From Clostridia bacterium (lineage in GTDB: Bacteria > Bacillota > Clostridia > TANB77 > CAG-508): a stretch of 40,887 nucleotides of DNA. A model generated the notes under the pieces. The model was not told where the DNA came from and did no database searches. It worked only from the letters and a program-made list of their open reading frames with translations. The DNA lies in the NCBI GenBank assembly GCA_017434295.1, contig JAFRFO010000097.1, positions 1 through 40,887 of the forward strand, in the 5' to 3' direction. Each line of letters starts with the position of its first letter. The stretch's first letter is position 1. Shown in pieces: positions 22,598 to 30,540 of this stretch. A program made the position numbers and the translations under genes.

Positions 22598-23547
22598 AAA
22601 AGTATATTATAATATGTGGAGGAAACTATAGCACATATTTTGAAAAACCTAGACAATTAAGTATTGTTATGGGTGAAGTTCTAGTTGAAAGAACTATAAG
22701 ATTATTAAAAGAAAACGGCATCAAAGATATATCAATAAGCACAAACTATAGAGATTTCGACTATTTAGGTGTTCCTATATTAGAACACGAAAATAACTAT
22801 AGAACCGAAGGTTATGAAGTGAAAGGTTATTGGTGTGATGCTTTTTATCCTACAGAAGAACCTGTATGTTATATCTTTGGTGATGTTTATTTTAGTGAAG
22901 AAGCAATCAAAAAGATAGTAGAAACAGATACAGAAGATATAGAGTTTTTTGGTTCAAGACCACCATTTGCAGAAAAATATCCAAAAGACCACGAAGAACC
23001 ATTTGCATTGAAAGTAGTAAACACAAAACATTTAAAAGAAGCAATAGAGAAAACAAAAAAATGGGAAGATGAAGGTAAGTTTTGGAGAAAACCTTTAATG
23101 TGGGAATTATGGGCAGTTATAAAAGACGTTCCATTACAAAAAGGACCTGGAGAATTTCCAGCAGATTACGTAGTTATAAACGACTATTCAAGTGATATAG
23201 ATAGAAAATGGGATATACGAAATTTAGAAATAATGTTAGGAGGAGTAAAAATGGTTAAATTAGAAGCAGTTGAAGATTTTACTTTAGGTAAATTCAATGA
23301 ACTAAAAGAATTAACAAGAAAGAATCCAGCAAAAAACGAAAAAGGTTTTGTGTATGAAGGAGATACTTTTGAGTGTGATGAGCAAATGAGAGATTATTTG
23401 TTAGGAGATAACAAATATAAAAGAGCATTTGCAAAAGTGATAGAAGTTATTCCTGAAAAGAAAGAAGAAATTAAAATTGAAGCAAAAGTAAAAACTGATG
23501 AACCAAAGCCAAAAAAGCAAGCAATAATCAAAAAATCTAAAAAATAG
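22591..23547 (+). CDS. Nucleotide-diphospho-sugar (NTP) transferase-like protein fused to a small C-terminal domain
   Basis: YIIICGG...KPRQL...GEVLVERTIRLL, FGDVYF, DID motifs; internal AGGAGG-ATG at 23251. Confidence 0.75.
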   Translation: MVKKYIIICGGNYSTYFEKPRQLSIVMGEVLVERTIRLLKENGIKDISISTNYRDFDYLGVPILEHENNYRTEGYEVKGYWCDAFYPTEEPVCYIFGDVYFSEEAIKKIVETDTEDIEFFGSRPPFAEKYPKDHEEPFALKVVNTKHLKEAIEKTKKWEDEGKFWRKPLMWELWAVIKDVPLQKGPGEFPADYVVINDYSSDIDRKWDIRNLEIMLGGVKMVKLEAVEDFTLGKFNELKELTRKNPAKNEKGFVYEGDTFECDEQMRDYLLGDNKYKRAFAKVIEVIPEKKEEIKIEAKVKTDEPKPKKQAIIKKSKK

Positions 23548-23557
23548 GAGTGATAAT

Positions 23558-23809
23558 ATGGAAGAAAAGGGTTTAGCTTTAGAATTACTATCAGATTATA
23601 AAAGGGCAAACAAAAGACAATTTATAATTATAATAGTAATTTTAGTAATGTGGTTTTTGACTATAGGGTATTTAGTTTATACCTTAAATGATATAGGTAC
23701 AATAGAAACTACTGCACAAGAGATACAAGATGTTGATTCTATTGATAATTCAAATATAGCAAATGGAGATATAAATGGGTACGATAAAACAAACAAGGAC
23801 AGTAACTAA
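23558..23809 (+). CDS. Single-pass membrane protein
   Basis: GGAGTG RBS; one TM helix (FIIIIVILVMWFLTIGYLVY). Confidence 0.75.
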   Translation: MEEKGLALELLSDYKRANKRQFIIIIVILVMWFLTIGYLVYTLNDIGTIETTAQEIQDVDSIDNSNIANGDINGYDKTNKDSN

Positions 23810-23909
23810 ATATAGAAAATCAAGATCAAAACCAAAACATTGTCCGACCTGTGGAGCATTTGTAGCAGGTAGAGGTAATAGAAGTGCTAAAGCTAGAGTT
23901 CACAAATGA
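23775..23909 (+). CDS. 44-aa basic peptide with one CPTCG motif (absent from the ORF track)
   Basis: GGAG RBS; MGTIKQTRTVTKYRKSRSKPKHCPTCGAFVAGRGNRSAKARVHK; fills the gap between neighbours. Confidence 0.6.
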   Translation: MGTIKQTRTVTKYRKSRSKPKHCPTCGAFVAGRGNRSAKARVHK

Positions 23910-24084
23910 TGAACTAGATTATATAAAGTCAAAGATACATTTTACGCCTTTTCAAGAAAGAATAATAAAATATAGACAAAATGAATACTCTATAACAAAG
24001 ATGTCTATGCTAGAAAATTGTAGTGAAAGTACAATAAGTAGAGAGATAAAGAAAGTTAAAAAGAAGATTATGAAAGTAATCTGA
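23884..24084 (+). CDS. Small HTH regulator (sigma region 4 / LuxR-like)
   Basis: FT..QERII...SITKMSMLENCSESTISREIKKVKKKI HTH pattern. Confidence 0.75.
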   Translation: MLKLEFTNDELDYIKSKIHFTPFQERIIKYRQNEYSITKMSMLENCSESTISREIKKVKKKIMKVI

Positions 24085-24096
24085 CAAAAACAAGAC

Positions 24097-24126
24097 AAGA
24101 AGTAGGTAATTCCTACTTCTTTTTTT
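24097..24126 (+). terminator. Intrinsic terminator
   Basis: AAGAAGTAGG/CCTACTTCTT stem plus T run. Confidence 0.8.
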
Positions 24127-24230
24127 GTGCAATAATTTAGTTAGAAAGGAGGAATACACCTAGATAATTGTTTAAAACGCAGTCTATAGGTTTTAAGTAT
24201 TCCTCTTTTCTCATTTTAGGAGGAATTAAT

Positions 24231-24689
24231 ATGTTTGGAAATTATAATCCGCAAGGAAGTATAGACAGAATAAATAGTCATATTGCAGAACTTGAGAGAA
24301 TGAAATCTCAATTAACGCAACAGCAACAACAAATGCCTAATCTAACACAAAACTTTCAAATCGCACCAAATCAAGGTGGTATGAAGTATGCAGAGAACTT
24401 AGAACAAGTAGAAAAAGAGTTAGTTTTATTAGATACTCCATACTTCAGTCGAGATATGTCAGTTTTATGGGTTAAAAAGGCATCAGGAGAAACGAAATCA
24501 TACGAGTTAAGGGAAATAGTCAAGAAAGATGAAAAAGACCTTAAAATAGAGTTTTTGATGGCAAAAATCGAAGAGTTAGAAAAGGAGGTAAATAATGAAT
24601 CAGGTAACATTAATGTTGATGAACCAGTTGAAAGCGAAAAATCCACAAAAGTTTCAAAGAGTGGAACAACTAATGCAAAATCAAAGTAA
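24231..24689 (+). CDS. Accessory operon protein (Gln-rich N-terminus, small beta domain, coiled coil)
   Basis: AGGAGG RBS before ATG 24231 (better than 24168). Confidence 0.75.
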   Translation: MFGNYNPQGSIDRINSHIAELERMKSQLTQQQQQMPNLTQNFQIAPNQGGMKYAENLEQVEKELVLLDTPYFSRDMSVLWVKKASGETKSYELREIVKKDEKDLKIEFLMAKIEELEKEVNNESGNINVDEPVESEKSTKVSKSGTTNAKSK

Positions 24690-24825
24690 TCCTGTAGAAG
24701 TATTTAAACAGGTAACAAGTGGTTATAGTCAAGGACAAATGGACAACTTCTTTAATCAAGTAAAAAATATGGGGTTTGGAGATGATTTAATAAATCAATT
24801 AAAAAATGGTGTCGACACAAAGTGA
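24595..24825 (+). CDS. Small Met/Gln/Asn-rich helical protein
   Basis: AAGGAGG RBS; overlaps the previous gene. Confidence 0.75.
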   Translation: MNQVTLMLMNQLKAKNPQKFQRVEQLMQNQSNPVEVFKQVTSGYSQGQMDNFFNQVKNMGFGDDLINQLKNGVDTK

Positions 24826-24851
24826 TTATATAAAAAGAAAGGAGAATAGAG

Positions 24852-25535
24852 ATGAACGGTAGTAATGGAATCGTACCAACTGTTGACCTAGCAACTAACG
24901 GTGTATACAACAGTGGCTTCGGTGGCTTCGGAGGAGATGGAATCTGGGCATTAGTGCTTTTAGCATTATTGTTTGGAGGAAACGGATTCGGAGGATATGG
25001 AAATGGTTGGAATAATGTAGCAACTACTGATTTTGTATCTAGTGAATTTACTCAAAGAGATGTAACTAATGGTACTCAATCAATCCTAACTTCATTATCA
25101 AATGGATTTAGTGATGCTGCTACTAACTTATGTAATGTAAGAAGTGATGTTTTAACTGGTAATATGGGATTACAAAATTCTATATTAGGAAGTTCAAACG
25201 ATATTCAAAGAGATATTTTAACTCAAACTAACGAGTTAAATACTAACTTACTAACAACTGCATTACAAAACCAAGCAAAGATGGATGAGTGTTGCTGCAC
25301 ATTAAGAGCACAAGGAATTGAAAACACTCAAAAAATACTTGATGCTATGAGTCAAAATACTATTGATGATTTACGCTCACAAGTAAATGACTTAAAGAAC
25401 ACTATCACAGCAAATGGTATTGGTACTTCAATAGTAAATCAAGTAAGACCATATCCAATTCCAGCATATCCAGTTTCAAGTCCATATACAGGATTATTAT
25501 ATGGAAATGGATTCTATGGAAACACAATCGTATAG
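24852..25535 (+). CDS. Gly-rich hydrophobic segment, long coiled coil and CCC motif protein
   Basis: GFGGFGGDGIWALVLLALLFGGNGFGG, heptad region, ECCC, RPYPIPAY. Confidence 0.8.
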   Translation: MNGSNGIVPTVDLATNGVYNSGFGGFGGDGIWALVLLALLFGGNGFGGYGNGWNNVATTDFVSSEFTQRDVTNGTQSILTSLSNGFSDAATNLCNVRSDVLTGNMGLQNSILGSSNDIQRDILTQTNELNTNLLTTALQNQAKMDECCCTLRAQGIENTQKILDAMSQNTIDDLRSQVNDLKNTITANGIGTSIVNQVRPYPIPAYPVSSPYTGLLYGNGFYGNTIV

Positions 25536-25582
25536 CATAATGTCTTAAAGACAATCTCTAATGAGAACTTGCTAATTATATG

Positions 25583-25608
25583 AGAATAGGCAAGTCCTAT
25601 TCTTTTTT
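25583..25608 (+). terminator. Intrinsic terminator / attenuator inside the accessory operon
   Basis: AGAATAGG/CCTATTCT plus T run. Confidence 0.7.
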
Positions 25609-25624
25609 GAAGGGAGGAAAACAA

Positions 25625-26071
25625 ATGATAGAAAGTGTACAAGAACAAGAATTAGTCTTAACATCTAATACTGCTCCTATTACTTTTTCTGATACAGACC
25701 TAAGAACAAATAGTGCAAATTGTCAATGGGGTTGGTTAAATCATAATGAAGGAAGTGCTACTTTCAATATAGTAAGTGGAGGTATATATGAAATCAATTT
25801 CAATGCAAATGTTACAAGCGGTACTGCAGGAAATGTTGGTTTTGCTATTTTTGCTGATGGTACTCAGTTAGCAGGAAGCGAAATGGATACTCCAGTTACT
25901 GTTGGTGTTTATACAAATATATCTAGCACAAAATATATAAGAGTTTGTGGTAGAGGTAGTGTATCAATAACTGTTAGAAGTATACCAACAATAACTTATG
26001 ACGGAACAACAACTGATACTCAAATACCTATTGTAAAAAATGCTAACATTTCAATAAAGAGATATGCGTAG
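25625..26071 (+). CDS. Beta-sandwich protein (BclA-C / C1q-TNF-like)
   Basis: GGAGG RBS before ATG 25625; ITF...HNEGS..F.I..GGIYEINFNANV...NANISIKR pattern. Confidence 0.65.
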   Translation: MIESVQEQELVLTSNTAPITFSDTDLRTNSANCQWGWLNHNEGSATFNIVSGGIYEINFNANVTSGTAGNVGFAIFADGTQLAGSEMDTPVTVGVYTNISSTKYIRVCGRGSVSITVRSIPTITYDGTTTDTQIPIVKNANISIKRYA

Positions 26072-26267
26072 TGTAGATAATCTTTCTTTGATTTTACAGG
26101 CATTAAGTTTAGAAATATTATTCAGAGACTATAACAACTATGATCTGATGCAAGAATTACAAAATCAAGATACTAATTATTTACAAAAAATAATATCTCA
26201 AAATGAAGAGATATTAAATCTTTTGAAAGAAAGGAGTAATTCCGATGGAAGAAAAAATAATAAATAG
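26064..26267 (+). CDS. Small coiled-coil hypothetical protein
   Basis: ORF overlapping both neighbours. Confidence 0.65.
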   Translation: MRSVDNLSLILQALSLEILFRDYNNYDLMQELQNQDTNYLQKIISQNEEILNLLKERSNSDGRKNNK

Positions 26268-26685
26268 TGTAAAAGAATACCTAGAGCAAGTAGGAAATGA
26301 CGGAATTAATTCTACAGATATAGATTACTTGTTTAAAGCGGTAGATATATACAAAGATATGAAGGAGGTAGAGTGTATGAATTACGGAAATTATGGAAAC
26401 TATGGAAGATATGACGGTTATGGAGAATATGGTCGTAGAGGATATGACACAAAATACCGTGGTGAAGAATATATGGATGGTATGAGAGGTAGTTATAGAA
26501 ATTACGAATCAGCAAGAAATGAATATAATAATGGAAATTATGGGGCAAAAGAAGATGGATTAAAAGAATTAGACTATATGATGCACGCTGCTATGAAATT
26601 TATCAAAATGGTAAAACAAGAAGCAACTTCACCTGAAGAGCAAGAAATAGTAAGACGACACATTATGAAAATAAGTGAAATGTAA
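26245..26685 (+). CDS. Hypothetical protein with a Tyr/Gly/Arg low-complexity centre
   Basis: AAGGAG RBS; NYGNYGNYGRYDGYGEYGRRGY between helical ends. Confidence 0.75.
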   Translation: MEEKIINSVKEYLEQVGNDGINSTDIDYLFKAVDIYKDMKEVECMNYGNYGNYGRYDGYGEYGRRGYDTKYRGEEYMDGMRGSYRNYESARNEYNNGNYGAKEDGLKELDYMMHAAMKFIKMVKQEATSPEEQEIVRRHIMKISEM

Positions 26686-27041
26686 TGTATAGGTTTTATA
26701 ATGCGAACTCATTAGGGAACTTTGTAAACGATTGTACTATCCGTGCAATTTCTACAGCAGAAAATAAAACTTGGGATGAAACATATAATGAAATAAGCGA
26801 TATAGCACAAAGAAACGGTACTATGATGGATGATAGAAACTTCATAAGGGGTTTACTAGATTACAGGTATAAACGTGTACCATACCTGCCTTATACAGTA
26901 GGAGAGGTAGCAGGAGAATATCCTGATAAAACTCTACTTATAACAATGGATGGACATATAACCTGTTCAATATATGGAGTAATCTATGATAGTTTTGATT
27001 GTAGAAAAAGAGTTGCAGAAGATGCTTGGATAGTAAAATAA
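26685..27041 (+). CDS. Putative papain-like (C39-like) cysteine hydrolase
   Basis: DCTIRAIS (catalytic-type Cys), GHIT (His), YDSFD (Asp). Confidence 0.55.
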   Translation: MYRFYNANSLGNFVNDCTIRAISTAENKTWDETYNEISDIAQRNGTMMDDRNFIRGLLDYRYKRVPYLPYTVGEVAGEYPDKTLLITMDGHITCSIYGVIYDSFDCRKRVAEDAWIVK

Positions 27042-27047
27042 GAGGCC

Positions 27048-27362
27048 TTATAGCCTCTTTTTGTATATTAATGAATCAATAGACCAATTAGGGTATAGTT
27101 GGCTTAAATAGGCTTCTATATTACGTTTAATATGCTCTTTTCGTTCTTTGCTTTTTCCGTTATCAAAACTATTATGACAATCTTGGCATAATGTTACAAT
27201 ATTTTCTTCGATTCCTAAACCACCGTGTGAACGTGCAATATAATGAGCATTAGGCATAGCAAAAGGACTGCCACAATTTATACAATGATGATGGTCTCGT
27301 TCCCAGACTTTTTCTTTTACAGCTTGGGAAATATCACAAGCTTTACTCCTTTTTGATTTCAT
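27048..27362 (-). CDS. HNH endonuclease
   Basis: VWERD..CINCG...HYIARSHGG...NIVTLCQDCH. Confidence 0.9.
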   Translation of the reverse strand: MKSKRSKACDISQAVKEKVWERDHHHCINCGSPFAMPNAHYIARSHGGLGIEENIVTLCQDCHNSFDNGKSKERKEHIKRNIEAYLSQLYPNWSIDSLIYKKRL

Positions 27363-27377
27363 AAAACCTCCTTTTTA

Positions 27378-27406
27378 TTGACTAAATAAAGAAAATAGGG
27401 TAGAAT
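27378..27406 (+). promoter_or_regulatory. Sigma-A promoter for the 27436 gene
   Basis: TTGACT-17-TAGAAT. Confidence 0.65.
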
Positions 27407-27435
27407 ACCACCTCACCGAAGGAGGTGGAGAAGAA

Positions 27436-27738
27436 GTGATGCAAATAACATACCAAAAACGTGATGGCAGCATAATGCAAAAATATAGAAATACGATGCT
27501 ACCCTATGACATCGGTGATACAACGTCTATGGGTTGGAAAGTACTAAACATAGAATATGAATATAAGGATAAATGGTATTCAAAGGAAGAATACGACAAG
27601 TTGATACAAAAAAATAAAGAAAGATATATCAGGAAGAATCAAATCAAAGAATTATGTATTAAAGAAACCAAAACCTTATTATATTATTTTATAGTGATAA
27701 CAATCCTTTATTATATAAGAATAAGGATAGGTATATAA
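27436..27738 (+). CDS. C-terminally anchored membrane protein (moron-like)
   Basis: AAGGAGG RBS, own promoter, C-terminal TM helix. Confidence 0.7.
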   Translation: MMQITYQKRDGSIMQKYRNTMLPYDIGDTTSMGWKVLNIEYEYKDKWYSKEEYDKLIQKNKERYIRKNQIKELCIKETKTLLYYFIVITILYYIRIRIGI

Positions 27739-27796
27739 TTGCATCAGCTTCTCGATTTAATAAAAAATTAAATGAAAAATATTTTCAAAAAAAGTG

Positions 27797-27824
27797 TTGA
27801 CTTCTTAAATATTAAGAGTATAAT
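27797..27824 (+). promoter_or_regulatory. Rightward early promoter with a palindromic operator
   Basis: TTGACT-16-TATAAT with TCTTAA-ata-TTAAGA in the spacer. Confidence 0.7.
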
Positions 27825-27902
27825 GTTAAGTGTAAGGGAAACATAAACAACTTAACAATTATGTCTTGGGAAGTTAACATAATATCAAAATCGAGAAGTT
27901 TA

Positions 27903-27932
27903 ACTCAAGACAATTAGTCTTGGGTTTTTTTT
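27903..27932 (+). terminator. Terminator-like hairpin in the leader of the Cro-like gene
   Basis: ACTCAAGAC/GTCTTGGGT plus long T run. Confidence 0.6.
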
Positions 27933-27952
27933 GTTTCCAGAAAGGAGAAGAT

Positions 27953-28159
27953 ATGAAGAAAGTATTATTTCCAGGTCTTTTAGGAGAAATGGCAAAACGT
28001 GGAGAAACACAAAGAACTATAGCTAAATTACTAGAAAAATCGCCTCAATCAATAAGCAAAAAGTTCAATGGAAGAAGCCAATGGTCAATAAGTGAAGTAG
28101 ATAAAATATGCGAACACTATAACAAAGACTATTACGAACTTTTTAAGAAAAAAGATTAA
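27953..28159 (+). CDS. Cro-like XRE HTH regulator
   Basis: AAGGAG RBS before ATG 27953; TQRTIAKLLEKSPQSISKKFNG...W. Confidence 0.85.
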   Translation: MKKVLFPGLLGEMAKRGETQRTIAKLLEKSPQSISKKFNGRSQWSISEVDKICEHYNKDYYELFKKKD

Positions 28160-28210
28160 TTAAATTATATCAAAAATTAATCCCTAAAGCAAAAAGTAAA
28201 GGAGGTAAAT

Positions 28211-28306
28211 ATGCAAACAAAAAAAGAGAAACCCATTGGAAAAGATTTCTCAACTACATTATATCACTTTAACACAAAAAACACAAATGTAGGTGATAAA
28301 AATTGA
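28211..28306 (+). CDS. 31-aa small ORF
   Basis: AAGGAGGT RBS; stop overlaps the TTG start of the initiator gene. Confidence 0.45.
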   Translation: MQTKKEKPIGKDFSTTLYHFNTKNTNVGDKN

Positions 28307-28881
28307 AGAGCTTTACTATCTATGAAGAATACTTTGATTTGATAACAATATTGCCTAAAGAAGAAGAGCAAAAAGATCTTTTATATAAGATAGCGGAATA
28401 TATGTTTTACGATAAAGAACCAACATTAAATAAGAATCAAACTAAGATTTTTAACAATTTAAAACGACCTCTAAACAAAAGCAAAACTAAATCAAAAGCA
28501 ACATCAAATCAAAATCAAAATGAAATCAAAATGGAATCAAAAACAAATCAAAACGAAAACACATCTAATGATGTTAATGTAAATGTTAATGGTAATGTAT
28601 TTAAGAAACCTACATTAGAAGAAGTAGAAGAATATTGTAGAGAGAGAAATAACAATGTAGATGCAGAAACATTTATAAACTTTTATGAAAGCAAAGGTTG
28701 GTTCGTAGGTAAAAACAAAATGAAAGATTGGAAAGCTTGTGTAAGAACTTGGGAAAAGAAAAGTAAACATATAATTGCTAAAGAAGAAAAAACTGTTCCT
28801 GATTGGTTTGAACAACAATTAGAAAATCAAGAACCCACAAAAGAAGAACAACGAGAAATGGAAGAAGCATTAAATATATGA
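28303..28881 (+). CDS. Phage replication initiator
   Basis: KSFTIYEEY N-domain, iteron-encoded linker, FKKPTLEEV...FYESKGW.VGKNKMKDWKA C-domain. Confidence 0.85.
   Translation: MKSFTIYEEYFDLITILPKEEEQKDLLYKIAEYMFYDKEPTLNKNQTKIFNNLKRPLNKSKTKSKATSNQNQNEIKMESKTNQNENTSNDVNVNVNGNVFKKPTLEEVEEYCRERNNNVDAETFINFYESKGWFVGKNKMKDWKACVRTWEKKSKHIIAKEEKTVPDWFEQQLENQEPTKEEQREMEEALNI
28482..28565. repeat. AATCAAAA iterons; probable replication origin inside the initiator gene
   Basis: About six closely spaced AATCAAAA copies. Confidence 0.7.
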
Positions 28882-29276
28882 ATCAAGATGGACCTGTAAT
28901 TACAAAAGAATTTAAAGACAACAGAAATATTATTACATATTTAGATGAAAACGAATTTAAAAAACGAGAACGAGCAATTAAAAAATATCTTATGGGAGCT
29001 TACAAATATTGGATTTTTGAAGTAATACCAAAATTACAAAAAGAAAACAAGATAGATGGCAAATATGAATTAGAACTACCTGTAGATAAGTTATTTAAAA
29101 AAGTTTATGGGGAAGTTAAAGTTTTATTTACTGTGAAAAATGATGTAGTGATTCTCGAAAATATAGAACCTACCGAAATGTTATTAGATATGCACAAAAG
29201 AGATTTGCCATCATACAAAGGTGTTCCATATAGGAACGAAAAAGATAAATTTAAAATTGAGTTAATGAAGGAGTGA
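28878..29276 (+). CDS. Hypothetical protein
   Basis: 132-aa ORF translationally coupled to the initiator. Confidence 0.7.
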   Translation: MNQDGPVITKEFKDNRNIITYLDENEFKKRERAIKKYLMGAYKYWIFEVIPKLQKENKIDGKYELELPVDKLFKKVYGEVKVLFTVKNDVVILENIEPTEMLLDMHKRDLPSYKGVPYRNEKDKFKIELMKE

Positions 29277-29279
29277 ATT

Positions 29280-29456
29280 ATGGAAAAAGAAGAATTATTA
29301 AGACAATTAGAATACATAAAAAGTGTATTAGAAGATTTAAAACAAAATGATGGCGAAAGGTCATTTTATTGCTATCAAAAAAATCAAATTGAGGAAGAAT
29401 TAAAAGAATTAGAAAAGGGTGGTGATTTAATTGAAAGACAAGATCAAAGAGATTAG
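29280..29456 (+). CDS. 58-aa coiled-coil hypothetical protein (absent from the ORF track)
   Basis: AGGAGTG RBS; MEKEELLRQLEYIKSVLEDLK... Confidence 0.65.
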   Translation: MEKEELLRQLEYIKSVLEDLKQNDGERSFYCYQKNQIEEELKELEKGGDLIERQDQRD

Positions 29457-29652
29457 ATACCAACAACAGATAAACAAACTAGAAAACGAAAACGAAACAT
29501 TAAAAGCAATTATTAAAGAAGAATTGTATCAAGAGTTTATGGATTATGTAGATGTAAGGACTAGATGTGAAAAACTTGAAGAAACAAATAAAAGATTAAG
29601 AAGCAAGATTAAAGACTATCAATCAAAGACATATAAAGGGGGCAAAAAGTAA
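29431..29652 (+). CDS. Coiled-coil hypothetical protein
   Basis: GGTGGTG RBS, TTG start. Confidence 0.65.
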   Translation: MKDKIKEIRYQQQINKLENENETLKAIIKEELYQEFMDYVDVRTRCEKLEETNKRLRSKIKDYQSKTYKGGKK

Positions 29653-29954
29653 TGGAAGAATTAAGATTCGGACAAAATCCTATGTTAGAGGCTCAAAAAC
29701 TAGCTAATGAATCAGTAGATAAGCAAAAGAGATATATGCAAATAAAAGAAATTCTTAAAGGTAGAAAAATGACTGCAAAAGAGATAGCGGTAGAAATGTC
29801 AGATAGAGGATATATACCTTTTAGTGAAAGAAATTTTACATCACCAAGATTAACTGAATTATGTCAAAAAGGGGAAGTTGAGCCAATAGGTAAAAAGAAA
29901 TGTGCCTATACAGGAAAATTAGTAACCGTATTTAGATTAAGGGAGGAAAATTGA
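29652..29954 (+). CDS. Winged-helix DNA-binding protein
   Basis: MTAKEIA...ERNFTSPRLTEL...GKKKC.YTGK. Confidence 0.75.
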   Translation: MEELRFGQNPMLEAQKLANESVDKQKRYMQIKEILKGRKMTAKEIAVEMSDRGYIPFSERNFTSPRLTELCQKGEVEPIGKKKCAYTGKLVTVFRLREEN

Positions 29955-29955
29955 T

Positions 29956-30540
29956 ATGAATATATACGAAAAACTAATGAACGTACAGCAAGAATTAAAA
30001 GCTCCTAAAGGAAAATGGAACTCATTTGGTAAATACAACTATAGAAGTTGCGAAGACATATTGGATGCAGTTAAACCAATATTAAAAAAGAATAAATTAG
30101 TATTACAACTTACTGATTTAGTAATACCAGCAAGTGAAACAAGATTTTATATTAAAGCAACCGCAAGACTTATTGATATTGAGGCAACTGAAAACAATGT
30201 AATTGAAAATACAGCATTTGCTAGAGAAGAAGAAGAAAAGAAAGGTATGGATGGTAGCCAAATTACTGGTACAGCATCCAGTTATGCAAGAAAATATGCT
30301 TTAAATGGACTTTTCTTAATAGACGATACAAAAGATGCTGATACTGATGAATATCATAACCAAAACGAACAAAAGAAACTTGTAACAAAAGCACAAATAA
30401 AAAAACTAGGAGAATTAGTTGACGATATACCTGCTATGCTAAATTACTACAAAGTTGATAAGATTGAGAATTTGAGTTATGAAGATGCTAAAAAGACAAT
30501 AGAAAGAAAAGAAAATGCTGCTAAGCGAGAAGATGCGTAA
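29956..30540 (+). CDS. erf: ERF-family single-strand annealing protein
   Basis: [14 protein letters not shown] and [20 protein letters not shown]...D.D signature. Confidence 0.9.
   Translation: MNIYEKLMNVQQELKAPKGKWNSFGKYNYRSCEDILDAVKPILKKNKLVLQLTDLVIPASETRFYIKATARLIDIEATENNVIENTAFAREEEEKKGMDGSQITGTASSYARKYALNGLFLIDDTKDADTDEYHNQNEQKKLVTKAQIKKLGELVDDIPAMLNYYKVDKIENLSYEDAKKTIERKENAAKREDA

Noticed and set aside
25533-25574. Hammerhead ribozyme
   Set aside because: The three-stem junction lacks the CUGANGA and GAAA core
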